A stretch of DNA of 64,000 nucleotides from Candidatus Gottesmanbacteria bacterium. Lineage in GTDB: Bacteria; Patescibacteriota; Microgenomatia; UBA10105; UBA927. Below the pieces are notes generated by a model, which did not search any database, had not been told where the DNA came from, and worked only from the letters and a program-made list of their open reading frames with translations. Positions 18,701 through 33,700 of this stretch are shown here, piece by piece. Both the position numbers and the translations under genes were made by a program. The stretch spans positions 2,973-66,972 of the forward strand of contig JAUXTO010000018.1 of the NCBI GenBank assembly GCA_030679255.1, read 5' to 3'. Within the stretch, counting starts at the first letter, position 1; every line of letters starts with the position of its first letter.

Positions 18701-21700
18701 CACCCGGCATGCCTCAGGATTACTATAAACCGATTCATGAGGATAGTCAGGCATGGCCATTTGCAAGCGGTATCTCCCGAGCGTGGGATATACTCGGCAA
18801 AACCGTCCATGTACTTGTGAAAGAAGTGATATTTGCTGACCCTTTCGCCTCCGTCAAAACATACGGCCCATTTGCGATCAATGAAGATTCGGTCATCTCG
18901 TCAGGCATGGTTCGGACACTTCGCGCGGTGACGCTTGTTGCTTCACGCGCGGCGATTCTTTCCATGCCCGGCATGCAACCGTTTATTATCCCGGTTCTTA
19001 TGGAAGACGCCGGCAGGATATCACGAAGCGCGTTTGTGTCCGTTGTCGTGCGTCCCGTCGCCCGTTGGTTTGCCAAAACCGCACTCGGTGGATTCATTCG
19101 TGATGTAGCGACCATGAATATCCTGGAAGACTGGGTCAAGCCCGGATCGCGTCTATCCCAGACCATTAAAAATATCCTCATCGGAAGCCGCGAGGGACTT
19201 GCAGAGCATTACATGAACACGACGCCCTTCGGGATCGGGCGTAAAGACTGGACACCGGTCAATGCGGTTACGGATACCCTTGGTTGGATCGGGACGCGGT
19301 CGTTTTCCGGAGGCGTATTGCTTCTCTGGGACGGATGGCGCGCATGGCGTGGGGTGACGGAGTTTATTCTCGGGGACGATTCGAAGCTAGCCGGTTATGA
19401 GGCGGTGCGACCCAATTATTGGGCGACGGTGGGCAACAGACTTTGGATATTTCCCAATTGGCTTGTCAACGCGACCCCTATCAATAATGGCGCCGTGTGG
19501 ACGCTCACGCGATTTGGGTACCTGATTCTTCCTTTTTCCATCGGGTTAGTTGCGGTAGGCTTGAGCTTTATTCCTCTCGTAGGACCGATAGCTGGTGGCG
19601 TGGTTGGTTTATTGGCCGCGATGACATTCTATGTTGCCCAGCAGGCCGGGTCAATGCTTTGGGATTATGACATGCACCGGCTGATCAATGATTATGGATT
19701 TGCTAAGCCATGGTATTGGAAAGTAGGGAAAGAGCAATTCCGCATGAGTCCTGACCAAGTGGAGCTCCAAGCAATCAACGCCGCAAAAGCAACCCCGGCA
19801 AGTCCAGTCACCGTGTTTACGAACGCTCATAAAGCAATCATTGATGAGATTTATACGCAAAACGCAAATATTTTAGGGGCGTCAAATACGCCGATAGTCA
19901 GAGCGCAAAAGATGGTCAATGCATTACTCAAGTCAAATCCTGAATTATTCCAAAGTCCTGCTGTTATTGAACAGATGGCGCAATATGTTCTGACGCTCAA
20001 ACCAAATAGTAAGACGGATATCGCTGAAGTTGCGCGTTTGGTGAGAAGTTATGTGCCTACTGCCCCCTCCACCCCGGCCCCGGCCACATCAGCACCCACA
20101 CCGGCCAGCGGCAATGGAGTCGGCGTTACTCCTTCCTCCCCAACGACCCCAATATCCCCAATTACCCCAACCTCCCCAATCCCTGTTGTCCCCGGCAGTT
20201 ACTCTGATGCCACGATTCGGGATGTCCGTGGCGTTTTTACAGCAGAGACGAACCGGGTGATTGAGGAGATTCAGACAAACATGCAAACGCGATTGGCCAA
20301 GCGACCCGCGACCCGTACCCCTCCTGCAGAATTTTCCCAGGCCCTGCGGGCAAGAATTTCCGGTAGCATTCGGGACGAGCTGACGGACACGGGATCCCCG
20401 ACGATGCGGACGATCACGGATCGCTTGAAAGGTCTCGGAGTCGACCAAGCAGATATTCCGGCGGTCCTCGCAGCATACGTGACCCAGATCGAGACGGGCG
20501 ACCGTGTCGGTCAGATGGTAGACCAAATTCTCGCCGGTCTTTCATCAGAGACGAATACGAGAGTGATACCGCAGTCTGAACTCGTTGCGGTTAAAGGTAC
20601 GCGCATGACTGTCGCAGACATCCACGGAGATATCGCCGCAATTGAACAGTTACTTTTGGACGAGAACATCATCACCGTCAATCCATTGACGAAAGCGTGG
20701 ACACTCAATACCAATTGGATAGAGCGCAATAATGATCCCTTTATTCTCACATTCTTAGGAGACAAGCTCGATCGCGGTGAAAATGATGCGGGTAAACCTG
20801 CCCAATTTGTGACGGACTATTACGGATGGCTATCTCTCTTTAGGGGACGCTCGGATACACCAGGTACGGCGATTATTCAGAAGATACAAGATCTTATCGA
20901 TCAGGCCAGACGTGCCGGATTGGAAAAAAAGTTTATTGTTCAGGACTTTGCGGGAAACCATGAGATACTCAACCTTTGGGCGCTAGAGGTCTTTGCGACA
21001 GAGTTGGGTAGTGATAACCCTCCGGATCGAACGTCCCAAAAAGGGAACCTTTGGTATGGTGATCCGAGTAAACCAAAAGCATTTAGCTTTGTCGCAAACG
21101 GTGTGAGCTGGAGCGAGCTTCGTGCACTTAAGGATGCGAAGTTTATCGTCGACGGACAAGGTGTTCCGTACCGTGAATTTGTAGCCAGCCGTCTCTACGT
21201 CCAGGCCCGATCGGACACATCTATCATGCAGCACACCGATACCACGGTATACGCTCGCTATATATTTACTCCGGATGATTTTACGAGGACAGATCAAAAA
21301 GAATATATCCGCGCACTTCTTTCCGGTGATGACCGGTTGAGTGCTAGGGCTTTACGATGGATTGATGGCCAGGTCAAAGCAAAGGGCCTTACCCAACAGC
21401 AAGTTGTCGATCGCATTAACGGTAACATCGGGAAACTCGTTCGCTCTAAAGAGCCGGGTTTTGCCAAGGCGTTGTTTAATGCGATGACCGATCATGGGCA
21501 GTTTAGTGAAGAGATCCGTACGTTTGATTTATACCGTTCGATCATGGGAGTGGCCGATGGCGCCATGGTCAGTCATGGTCATAATCCCGATGTCGTGGGG
21601 GATTACTTGAAGAACGGGAAGGCCGAGGGGCTTGATCGCAAGCTTTCTCGCGCGTACAGCAAACGGTCGACCGCTTCATCAGGAACTGCAAACAAAAGGG

Positions 21701-24700
21701 AAACGTCAGTGGTGACTTTACAAGAACGCCCACCAGAGTTTGAAAAAGTCTACAAATATACGCTCACCCTCCCAGGCATCGACCTACCATTCCTGCAGAC
21801 GATGAATATCTCGCTAAATATCCCCGTCGCGGCCCCCGCCTCCGGCGCGACCGCCGTTCCCTCCACAGTTACTCCTCCTTCTACTCTGTCTCAACCGTCT
21901 ACCGCCGCCCCCGCCCCGCAATCGACAGTAAAGAGCGATGAGGTTATAACAACGACAACAGTTGATGGTATTCCGGGTAATGTCACCATCCTAAATAAGG
22001 GAAATGTTCTTATCGTATCGTATGTCGAGACTGATCCGGCAGGGACTCGAAGAGAATATGAGCTTACGCAAGGCGTTCGTACGAATATTGGTCACAATAT
22101 CGTCATGGTGTTTGAAGGATTGAATCCATTCAGTGGAATAAAATTGAATACGTATTCAGAGCTTGAAAGTAAAACAATCGAATTTACCGATAGCCAAAGT
22201 GGAGACCTGAGAGAGCATGTCTATGTTAACGCTTTTGGTATACCGTTTGATCGGTCCGGAAATGAAATAACGAATCAGTGGAAAGATACAGCTGTTTCCT
22301 CGAGATATGAAATAAGAAATAATAATGGGTCAATCGAGATACGCAAAAAGAGAGTCCTGATTGTTCGATCCGGCGATACTATCGGAGGGAAAACACTCAG
22401 TCCTTCCGATAAAGTCTCCTACCTTGCGGGAGCACAGAGCGTGGGCGATTATGGGACTTCTGAGGAAATTTGGCGACGGTTCGATACCAATAATCAGATG
22501 GAAGTTCCGATTGACGCAAGCTTTGATTCGGCGAAAGCACCGTTGGGTGTTTTGAGTAATAACACAGTGAGTATTGGTGCATATCAAGGTAATAGCACGA
22601 TTATTGATGCTCATTCTGTTTCACCGGTAGTACGGTCGTCAGGTATTGGAGTGCGAGATGATGATCTATTTTTAGGATCCACGAGTCTCTCAAGGAAAAA
22701 TATATATCTTAACGGGATAGGATTAACATCAACACAAAAAGCTGAAGCGGTACGAAGCATTGTTAATTCATCACAATCTATTGCTGGTTTGTTGAATGAT
22801 ACAGATAGGTATGATCAGTACGTTATTAGGACGATCCGAGACTTAATTACTAATGGATTATTGACTCAGGAAGAAGCTGTTGGTGTGCTTAAGACGATTG
22901 ATCAAGGTGATTATCTTGCAAATATTCAAAAAGTAATTATAGAATTGTCAAAATCTACCGTTCCTGCCGCCGCTGCCGCACCACAACCCGCTCCCCAGCC
23001 GGCTACTCCAAAATATGTATTTCCGCCCCCATCCTTTGCTCCTTCCCGTGAATGGCAGGTTGTTGGTGATTGGATTCTGCCTTCCGGTGGCGAATATCAT
23101 ATAAATCTAGATACTGGCTTCAAAGAAGCCAGGTGGCTGAATTTACCGAAAGCTCAACCCGCTCCCAAGCCCGCCGCTCCAGCCCCGCAGCCCGCCGCGC
23201 CAGTCCAGCAACCCGTCCCACCATTCTTTAAAACCCCAACCGCCCCTACCACCCAACCCGCCCCGAAAACCCAGCCTTCCGCTATCCTTCCCCTCCCCAG
23301 CGAAGTCATCACGGACGCGCTCGTCGGTGCATTTACGCAGGCGGGGATTGCCATTGATTCGGCTGCCAGGATATTCATAGAACGGCTCGTCATGAATGCT
23401 CCGACAATAGCCGGTCAAAATATGAACACGATGAATGCTGTCGTGGTACTCATTAACAGAGCGCTTGCCCTCGATCCCATCCAACGAGCACTTCAGGGCA
23501 TCGGTACTCTTGAAGATGCCCGTCTTTACATTCCCATTATCACCCGCATTATTACGACCAACCCTCTTCGTGCGCCCGCGCTTCTTGCCAATCTCCTTAC
23601 AGCTATTAATGCTGTGGGAACCTTCACAGATACGCTCGTAATACCCATACAACCAGACGGTTCCACGGTGACTCCGGAAAGTATATTCCTTCAGCTTACC
23701 GTCCCGGTTGCTGGTCAAACTATTGATGGATTTATGCGTGATGTGTTTGATCTGAATCACTTCGCTTCGGATGCACTGACTCCTGCACTACAGACAGACG
23801 TCGCCCGTATCCTCCTCGCCCGCAACGCCCGGTCTCAGGCAGCCCGAGCTGCAGCTCAACCCTTAACTTCTCCTAACTCTCTCCTAACTTCTCCTGCTGT
23901 CACTGATGATTCTGGCACCGGGGTGATAGAGGTCACACCCCCCATAAATCAAAAAATCACAATGACTCTGCCAGATTTTCTCGCTCTCGTAAAAAGCTCA
24001 ACGTCTCCCTCTCTTGATCCGATAGGCCGGCAAGCGCCAGACGGGTGCAGTCTCTGTAGCGATCTCATAGCAAATATCCAGAAAGATTTTGCAGAGTACT
24101 ATTTTGCCAAGGCTCAAAATGATCCTACAGCCCCCGCTAAACTTACTGCGATTAAGACGAAGCTCGAGTCCCATTTTCTTTTCAAAAACGGCAAACCGGT
24201 TACCGAGCCGGGAGTGGGAGATTTTGCGTCTATCATGAGGAAGGCCGGCAATATTTTATTCGGATGGGCGGATAAAAACTGGCTCCTCTACTTTGCCACC
24301 CAAGCCTGGATTGCCCAGGCGCGAGGGGATACGGACGCTCAAACGATGTACAGCCAAAAATTTGCAGTCTACCGCAATGTTCTCAGCGCTCCCCTGGACC
24401 TAGACACAGCCATCATCAAATTTTTGGAGAGCCTGGGAGATATCGAAAAGGCCGCCAAGACCTCCACTCCCCGTCCCGGCGGTGGCGCCGGCTCCACGTC
24501 CGAACCTGATGTCATCCCCAACGCCAGTCCGGATGTTGTTCGGGAGAGCCCGACTTCGTATGAATACAAAGACAGTACACAGCATTTTTCCGGTATTGAT
24601 TATGAGCATTACGTTCATGCTCAGTATCGCCTCGGCAGGAAAGAACTCACGCTTGAGCAGGTAGATAAGGTGCTCGAAGCACTCTCTCTTCAGGCAGAGT

Positions 24701-27700
24701 TGAGGGCGTCGGCAGATCGAAAGTATGAGGCAATCTACGAAAAGCTTGCCGATGGTAATTATCGGAAAAGTATCATTGACCTCATTAACGCAGACCCCCG
24801 AGATCCTACCAGAAGCACCTACAAAGATCCACGACTTGGTATTACCGTGCAAAGTCAGAGCAAAGGACCCAAAGTTCAATCCATCAATGAGGCAGCCAAA
24901 AACGGCATCGATGCGATTCTTGCACTCGTTTCAGGCAGTCGCCCAATAGGCCAGTTTGGCAAAGGGGTGAAGCAGATTCTTGACTGGCTGAGTATGTCCG
25001 GAAGCGATAGGGTTGACGTGGTGACGTCTACGGATGGGAACACCTTTTATCGCATCACATTTCTTAAGGACACGAATGGTCAATTGTACATTGCTCCATC
25101 CCGAAAAGTTTCATCGGGAGACGTCCTGCGGGAGTTTGGCGTCGATCCCTCAAAAGGTACCATTGTCCGTGTTTCGCTCTCAGAGCCCCTTCCGGTCCGC
25201 GCGTCAGAGGCCGATGATCTTCACCCGGTGTCTCAGGAGGATATTGTTAATGATATTCATACGCGGTTTCCCTATATTCGTCAGGTGAATATTACCACAC
25301 AGAAAGACGGCGAGACGGCGCCACAAAAGGTGAACGGATATGAGACTAAAGAAGAGTATGTACCCGGCACTGCTGCGCCGTATACACCGGAGGAAAGCAA
25401 AGGAAGAGACATTACTCTACGGGTGAGTGCGCGTACAATTATCATCCAAGATAACGGATCAGGTATGGGTCATCGGGCGTTTGCCAATATGTTTGTCCCA
25501 CGACAAGGGGAGAAACAACAAGAGACTCTCGATGTTTCACGCGAACTGGCCGACTATGTGAAAGTTGTTCATGACAAAAATCCGAAGGCTCCACACAGAA
25601 TTTCATTTGCCAGAGACGGCGTTGTCATCGAAGCAATTGATATCCCGGGAGACATTGCTGCGGATGCCACGATACAAGGCGGTTTATTGATAGATCTAGG
25701 GCTCTTGGCGGAAGTGTCTGAAGAATGGGATCGGGTGATTATTCCGGGGCCGGTGAAAGGGGGAAAAAACAATCTACAACTCGCACTAGAACGGGCCATT
25801 GGCGGAGTCCTCGATCACAAAACGCTTTCTCCTCTCCAGAAAGTTAGGGTTGTAAACTGGATTATCGTTGGGATAGAGCGGTTGAAGTCATCAGACCTTC
25901 CTGAAGCCAAAAAACTTGCAAAAGCGATTCGTATGTTTGCCATGCAGCGGTTGGACCCTTTGTTGGTTGAGTTGAAAGCGCAAGGATACACAATTCTTCC
26001 TCAAGATGCTCGCTACCGGAAGCTCGTCGTTCCATCCGGGAAGGTCATCTATCTCAATGAGCGTTTGTTTCGTTGGAGCGGGCCGGTTAAGCTTCAGGAA
26101 CTCGGCGGTATCGTGGTGCCGGGCGTACAGTTTGGAGGAAGGAAGGAAATTCCCCTTGTCGTTGTACCGTTTACGAAAGAAAGTGTTGCCCCGGTGAGCG
26201 CGTATAAAGATCGCTGGTGGGAGATGACAGAGGCGGACCGCCTCCCAATCATCAAATCCGATCACGCATACATAGTCCCGCCCGAGTTGGGAGCCAGGCT
26301 TCTTGGGTTGGCAAATCGCAGATCAAAGGGTCCGCTTTCGGAAGGAGAGGAACTTCTGTATCGTTCACTTATCCAGCGGTTTAATGTGCTCACGGCAGAT
26401 GAAGTGGTGACGAGTTATGAAAAATTTGGAGCAAAACAAAATGCAGTGATCAGCGCTGATACGACTCATGCAATCGGTGATATCGATCGGGAGGCAGTAC
26501 AACATTTTCTCACGGGTTTCCCGTTCGAAGAAACCGGAAGCGGAGCAGATGTTTTGGTCGGCAATACACTAGTTCCCGAGTGGAATAGAACACAACTTAT
26601 TAATCCAATTACCGGAAATGTCGATTATCACAATGTTCTCCAAGTATGGTATTTACGAAAAAATACCGTGATGATTGAATTTGTTAACGGGGATCATGAG
26701 GTTGTGATGTACGCTGATAATGGAACCAAAAAGAGCATTTCATTAACGCGATCTTCAAATATATCCCTCGACGGATCGAATATCATTTCCTTAGACCGTT
26801 ATAACAAGATTACGTCTGTATTTGTTGTGAGTAGTGGTCAATTGATGGTAGATCCACTTTCGTTTAAAGGTCATGAATTTATCCTTCAGTCGGTTGCCAA
26901 CGAGACGACGGATATTGTGGTTACGAAAGATGCCGGGAATCAATATGTCTGGACGGTCGATAAAAACACGGGAGTGGTCACAAAGGTTGCGAATCTGATT
27001 TCCGACGACAAGATCCAAATAATTAGGACTCATGTATATATTAAATTTCCGGATGGAGCACTCGGATTTATTGATGTATCAAATGGTCAAAAAATCATGA
27101 AGATGGCTGATGATCCCATGCCACTACAATCTATCACTTCTACTAAAAATAACATCAAATCTATCACCCCTGATCCTACCGGTACCTATACTGTGTTTAC
27201 GGATACTAAGGAACACCTGCAAATATATATTCATAAAACAGGAAAAGTATTAAATCCACAGGATTTTGGAGATAACTATGAGCCTATTGAGACTATCTGG
27301 TCGGGTGACAAGACATATTTTCGGGCGAATAATATATGGTTTACGGCGGATGGAGAACTGGGTGGTCCCATGGTCGGTAATGCAGATTATACATTTTCCG
27401 TTACCCGTGCCGGATTTATGATGATTTCAGATGCTGCACAACGGGCGGGGACGACGCAGCCGTTCCATAACAGTACTACGCCAGTGCCCTATGACGTTTT
27501 TAACAAAACACTTACCTATGATCCGGTAAGTAATGTATTTATAGATACTCGTGATCAGAACAACAAATCTGTTATTGTCCTAAAAGACGGATCAACGCAT
27601 GAGTTTGAAGGAACGTATATCAGTTATCGTAAGGGCCTTGGTATTGTAGGTGCAATTAATCATAGAAATAAATATGTTGAATTCTTTCCTGATGGCAGCA

Positions 27701-30700
27701 TGAAGACGGTCGGACCGTTGGGAACTATAGACCAGCAACAATTGATTTTAACGACAAATATTCAAAGTCAAGAAGGAACAAATGGAATCAGGACATTTGT
27801 ATATCAATATCCATCTGCGAATCATTGGATGATCCAAGAAAAAGATGGAGGTGCTTCGGGAGAAACGGATGTCGATCTCTCCTACGCACGTGTACATTTT
27901 GACGGCGCTCGCTATGTATTCACTAATCCCGATACCGGACGCGTATTATATCTGGATTCGGATGATTGGACGCATTCCTATGATCCTAAAGCGAGTCCGG
28001 ATGCCCGCATAGCTGATGATTATCTGAAAGCGAATTCGCTTGATGAACTGAAAGAAGCGATTCGCAAGCGGGGCCTTCTTTCGTATCAAGCATTTGGAGT
28101 TACTGTAGATGCCGATAAGATGATTGCCATAATCGATGACTATCTCGCAAGTACTCCGGTCGCCGATAGATCAGTGACTTCAGCAAAAGATTTTATATCC
28201 CTAAAGACCTGGAATCATGTTATTTTTGGCCAAGGGATTACCATCCGGCTGGTAGAACTTATGGGCGGGAACGTTGAACCATATTATCGGTATAAAAGAA
28301 AGCCCGCTGTAGTTGCCTCTCCCTTAAGCCCGGAACAGATTCGTGCGCGCCTCCTTTGGGAGAGAAGCGTCCTGGGAGAAAATAGCGTCAATAAACAAAT
28401 TCTTGTCGACCGCATTCAAGCCATTTATGCTCCGCTTCTTACTGTTGTTCCGGAGGAGTATAAAGGCGATGTTGAGAAGCAACTTCAGGAATTGATCGCT
28501 GCAATCTACCAGGATCAGGAGGCAGAGATTCTTGCCCGTTTTTCTACAGGCCTTGCATCCGAAATAGTGGATCTGTCCGATCTTCTTATAGATGGTATCC
28601 GGGAACGCATGGACGTGCTTCTGCCGCTTCTTTCTGCTTATCTTGAGACTTCGCGTGCTGATGTGTCTCAAGAGTCCGGAGGTGCTCAAAAAGCTCATAT
28701 CGTGGAACTTTTCCAAAATATCTTCCGGCTCGCAACCCAAAAAGAACTCGTCATTTCCCCGGCACTCCTGGACATCGAAACGCTTGCGCTCGTGGGACTT
28801 TCCCCGGAGAGTACGCCGGAGACCTTGAAAGCATTTCCGGCATTTCGCCGGTTTGTCGATGCATACCGGGACAGTGAGGGAGACGTGAGCCGTGCGGAAT
28901 TGAGGCTTCTTTTTCACTTCCTCCGTAGTTTTGCAGATCATCAAGGGGTCATGGCGACGGTAGTGTCTCAGATGCAGCGCATTGTAGGTGCGACCCCGGG
29001 GCTTCAGGGGCAGTTTTTTAAGGGCTTACGTCTTGGGCTCACCGGTGTATCGTCGGACATATTGGGAGCCGTGGTAAACGGGCAACCGATATCAACAATA
29101 GGAAGTGCCCATAGCTTCATCGCATTTTTGATCAATGACGCAGAACTCGTTCGTCAGTTGACCGACGAAGAAATGCAAAAAAAAGATTATAAAGGAGAGG
29201 ACGTACGTTTTCCATCAGGAGATATAGCTATTTCGCAAATGATGCAGTTAGAAGATAGTCGTCCCACTGGTGTCGATGGGGAGCATGTCATGAGTGTTGA
29301 GTATTTCTTATCCCATTTGGCCGAATTTGATGCCACGAGTCCAAATGGAATACCGGTTAATTCTGACGCGGAGACATCGCTTGTTCAGGACATCAACGTC
29401 CAGCGTGAGCCGAATGCTCATACGGGTGAGATAGCGGCAAATACTCGGGATGATACGAAGGGGACAGAAGGGAAGTTGGTTGTCGATCACTACGTACAGA
29501 CGCGTAATGGCCGTAAAGAATCTGTAGAAGAAGCCAGTGACAACGGTCACGGTGCGCTCGAAGAGCTTGCCCTGGTGCTTGCGAAATCTACCAAAGCGAA
29601 AGGTGGCCAGATAGATCTTACCGGATTTTTCGGGACAGGCAAGTACACCATATTTCAGGATGTCGATCGGGTGGAAATTATTTCTAATAATGGTACTCGG
29701 GCGTTCATGTTTACCTTTACCGTCAAAAAGGATGCGTCAGGAAAAGTAGTGTCTATTCGGCTTTCGGGTGTACGAAAGATTACCGATCCGTCGCTATCCA
29801 AAGGTGTCATCGTCAGAAGGATCAAATTTGCAGATACGACCATTCCGGAGCTTGATCATCTCATGGCGATCCAATCGTGGAAAATGTTTGCCGGCCTGTC
29901 TCAGTACAAAGATTCGACAGGCAGTTTTACCATTTACCTCGTGGGTCAGGATGGAGTTGCGCGTCCACTCGAGGTTAAGCATGAAATACTCGCAGAATCG
30001 GTCATGAAGGGCATCGATCCGATCACTCGTCAGGCCAAAGAGTATGGTGCCATTCGGATTATTGCAGTTGATGATGCGGATATGCCCAGGCAGATAGTCG
30101 AAGGCGCGGCATTTCGTGTGTCCGAAATTCCGGAGAGATTTCTGGAGCTTATTCCCCCCAATTACCGCCGGTATATAGAAGATTTACACCTGACGATACA
30201 GATTCCGTTGGCGCTTATTCGTAACAGAAGTGCTTTTGAGCATGAAACGGAGTTTCTCCCACTCATCCAGAAGCATGTCGCTGCGACATTCTTCAAAGCG
30301 CTTGCCTATAAAACACTGACGCAGAAGTCTCCGCAGTTTTCTTTTGAAGGATTACCGCACGATTGGGAGACGAGTGATAACTACGATCGGGAGTTTGAGA
30401 ATATCGATCCGGCGATCATCGAGGTTGCAAACCAGATAAATGCAGGAACAATTTCAGATATTTCTACGAAAGCATTGCTCTCGTTACTGCAAAACAGTGG
30501 TGAACGGGACTTGGCAAAAAAGTTAGTGAAGCTGATTATTCTCTTGAAGGTTTCCGTTGATAGGACCAATCCTTCGTTGACCATGAGCCTCTTTGAGCGC
30601 CGTATGGCAGTTATGGCCGAGACACGCGCAGATGCCGCACGCGCACAAGCGGAATCATTGCGTCGTCTTGGAGTGGCGGTAGATATGGGAAGCAATCATT

Positions 30701-33700
30701 TGAGTGCTATAGCAGAGCGCGATGCAGATGCGTTTGCGAGACGTGTGGGCGAGGCGAAATCTGTAGCACTTGGTCATAAAAACATGGAACATCCGTGGGA
30801 TTATGCGGTGGAGCCGCAAACGCCGGAAGAGATCCGTGTCATGGTATTGGCGTTAGAGGCAGGCCGGAGGTTCGGGATAGAAGATGTTGTTCTCATCGAA
30901 GGCATGAATGCCTTGGGGGCATTTAAGCTTGATCCAAAAACAGGGAAACGGACATTTTATTTGGATCGTTCTGCCGGATTTACACTTGGGAAGACGTACG
31001 GTGTGAAGGTAGACAAGGGGACTGATGGAATTGGTCATGAACTGACGCATTTTACAGAAGAACTTCGTGATAATGATGACCTATGGGTGCGTGGTTTTTT
31101 TGCAGATGTATCAGGATTTACCCATGACGCAGTGGGCACATTTGCCGATACGTTTAAGTATGTCATGGCGGTATGGCTTTTTGATGAGACAGGTAGCAGC
31201 AAGGGATTCTTTGACGTGATGCAGCCGGTTATCCGGGACATGCTTGCAGGTGTTGCCAACGGGCAAAATCCGAATAGTGCCGTGTTGACCGGCACCATCA
31301 AGGAAATGTTGACCGAGCAAAAGATTGTCTATACTCAAGAAGATCTTGATTGGATAAAGGCTCATCTTGAGTCTCTTGCGGTCAGAGCTATACGCGACCG
31401 CGAGAGTCAGGTGGTAAAGAAATCACTTGAGGAGCTTCAAACCGCGATTGCCGGAGGGGATGTGGCTCATGCTGTTAGGGCGTTGCAAACGTTGAGTGTC
31501 AGTTCATGGCGGGTGTACGCCGGGGATATACGGACCGTATTGGCAGGCATTGAAACAATTCAGGATCGGAATCGTCTTAGAGATATCGGCGTTGCCATAC
31601 ACCCACTGTTAGATGCGTGGAACGCATTTGATGAATTGCAATTAGCGGTTGCAAAAGCCAGGAGACATTTTTCCCAGCCTGCCACTTCTGACCCTCTCTC
31701 CCAGGATCTCCAGGCCATCATTGATGTGCAAAAAGTTATCAGTGCGGTGTTGGATGCAAATCAGCCGAAAAATGCATTGAATGACCAGCTGAATGCGTTT
31801 GACCAGAAGATTACCGGAATACATGATTCCATGCTGGCTCAGCGTACAAAAAATTCAGATTTGACTGATCCGGAATATCGCCGGTTGAGCGACGCGCTTG
31901 AAGCAGCACGAAAAGAGCGCAATACACTCACCGATCAATGGATGGCATTGCCGGATGTTGCACTAACACCAGAACAAACGACCCAAATAGCCCATGCGTT
32001 CGCGTCGCTTACTCATGAGCATTTCACAGATAGTGAGGTCGAGATTATTTTTAATTCAGACAACTATATATCGTCTCATGGGTTGAGAAGAATCCAAAAT
32101 ATTTTGGATGATGAATTATTCCGTCTAGCACAGTCACCCAAACCTGCTCCTGACTATCTTCCCTTCGCCGGGGCCATCCACGCGGCGTTGCCAGTGCAGT
32201 TAAGAACCGCTATTACCCAAAAATCCATCGAATCCCTCCTGCCCGGAATATTCCCGCTGGGCGCCGCAGCGGATCATATTGCCGCCGCACTTCGACAGTG
32301 GCAAGGAGGCCTCGTCCCACAACGCATCGGGTCGTTTCTCACTCTGCTTGGAGATGCGGGCAGCGACACCAGAACGATGATTGGTTTGGCTTTGCAGGCG
32401 GCTGTGGAAAATCAAACAGACCCTGCCGGAGCGGTGCAAACGGTATTGAATACCTATCGTTCAGCGCTTCTACTATCATGGGGAGAGCTACCGGAAACCG
32501 TAAAACAATTTAAAGAAGAAAAGAAAGATCTTCTGAATTCTTCCGGCGCCATGCCGTTTGCCGATGTCCTCTACCATCAGCTTCAGAGAGAAACAGGACG
32601 CGAAAGAGTGGCGCTTCAACATGTGTCTGTTGGTTCTGCAGTCTACAAATCGATTATCGATCAAGCTGTGGTGGTGGCAAGTACGACCTATCACACAACT
32701 CCGAGTAAATCTGTCAACACTCAAGCGGCCCTTGTTGACGCGGCTCGAGCAGTATTGGGAATCAGACGCCTATCTAATGGAGCTGTGGAAATCGCATTGG
32801 ATGTTCAAATCACCCGCCAAGACTACAACGCCGTCAATGAAGCCGCTTTCAAAAAAACCGGACTATCTCCACAATTAAAACCAGAGGTTCAGGCCCTCCA
32901 TGATGCACAGGTGGGCGGCAAGATCGCCAAAACGACGGGCGATCTGGTCGCAGATAAATTGAGAGCCAAGTACAACGAACTCGTAAGCCAGAAACAATCC
33001 TCATCGACGAAGCTCGATAACCCACTCTATATGTTCGATCTCCCGCGTCTTGCTGCGTACTGGATGACGAAGACCGAGGGGAAGACGGATAGCACTGCCA
33101 TGACAGATGATGTTCGTAAGTCAATGTTTTTTGCTGTAGGAAATGTCAGGAGTTCACTGCAAGGACTAATCAACAAGGGTTCCACAAATTCATCCGTAAA
33201 GAGTATAGAATCTGATTTCCGTAGAATAATGTTTGACCTATTTCTGGATCAGGATATCGTGATTGAGTTGTTTTTGCGTGAGACAAAGCAGAAATCATTT
33301 CAGGATGCTTTAAATGCAATGCTTGCGGATGCTACTGTGCAAAAAAAGTATTTAGACGTGTTGCAAACCATACTAGAGCGGATTGTACCTCCCGTCAATA
33401 CACTCATTGCTGATGCGCTAAACGTCACTCCTTCGAATGTCCAGCCCGCGGTCTCCACCCGTACAAAACTCGCCGCGGCAATTGAAGCATATGCCAACCA
33501 ACAATCCGGCCTCCCGTACTCGGGCTACAAAGCGTTGGATTCTGTAGAAGTCAACCTCTCCAATTTCCTCAAGTTTTTGGGGGAAAATAAACTTTTTGCT
33601 CCTCCTATTACGCCTCCTCCGGCCGGTGACGTCCTTCCGGAGACGATCGCCATCGTGCCGGATGATTTACTGACGCAACCGTATCAAATACTCTCATTCA

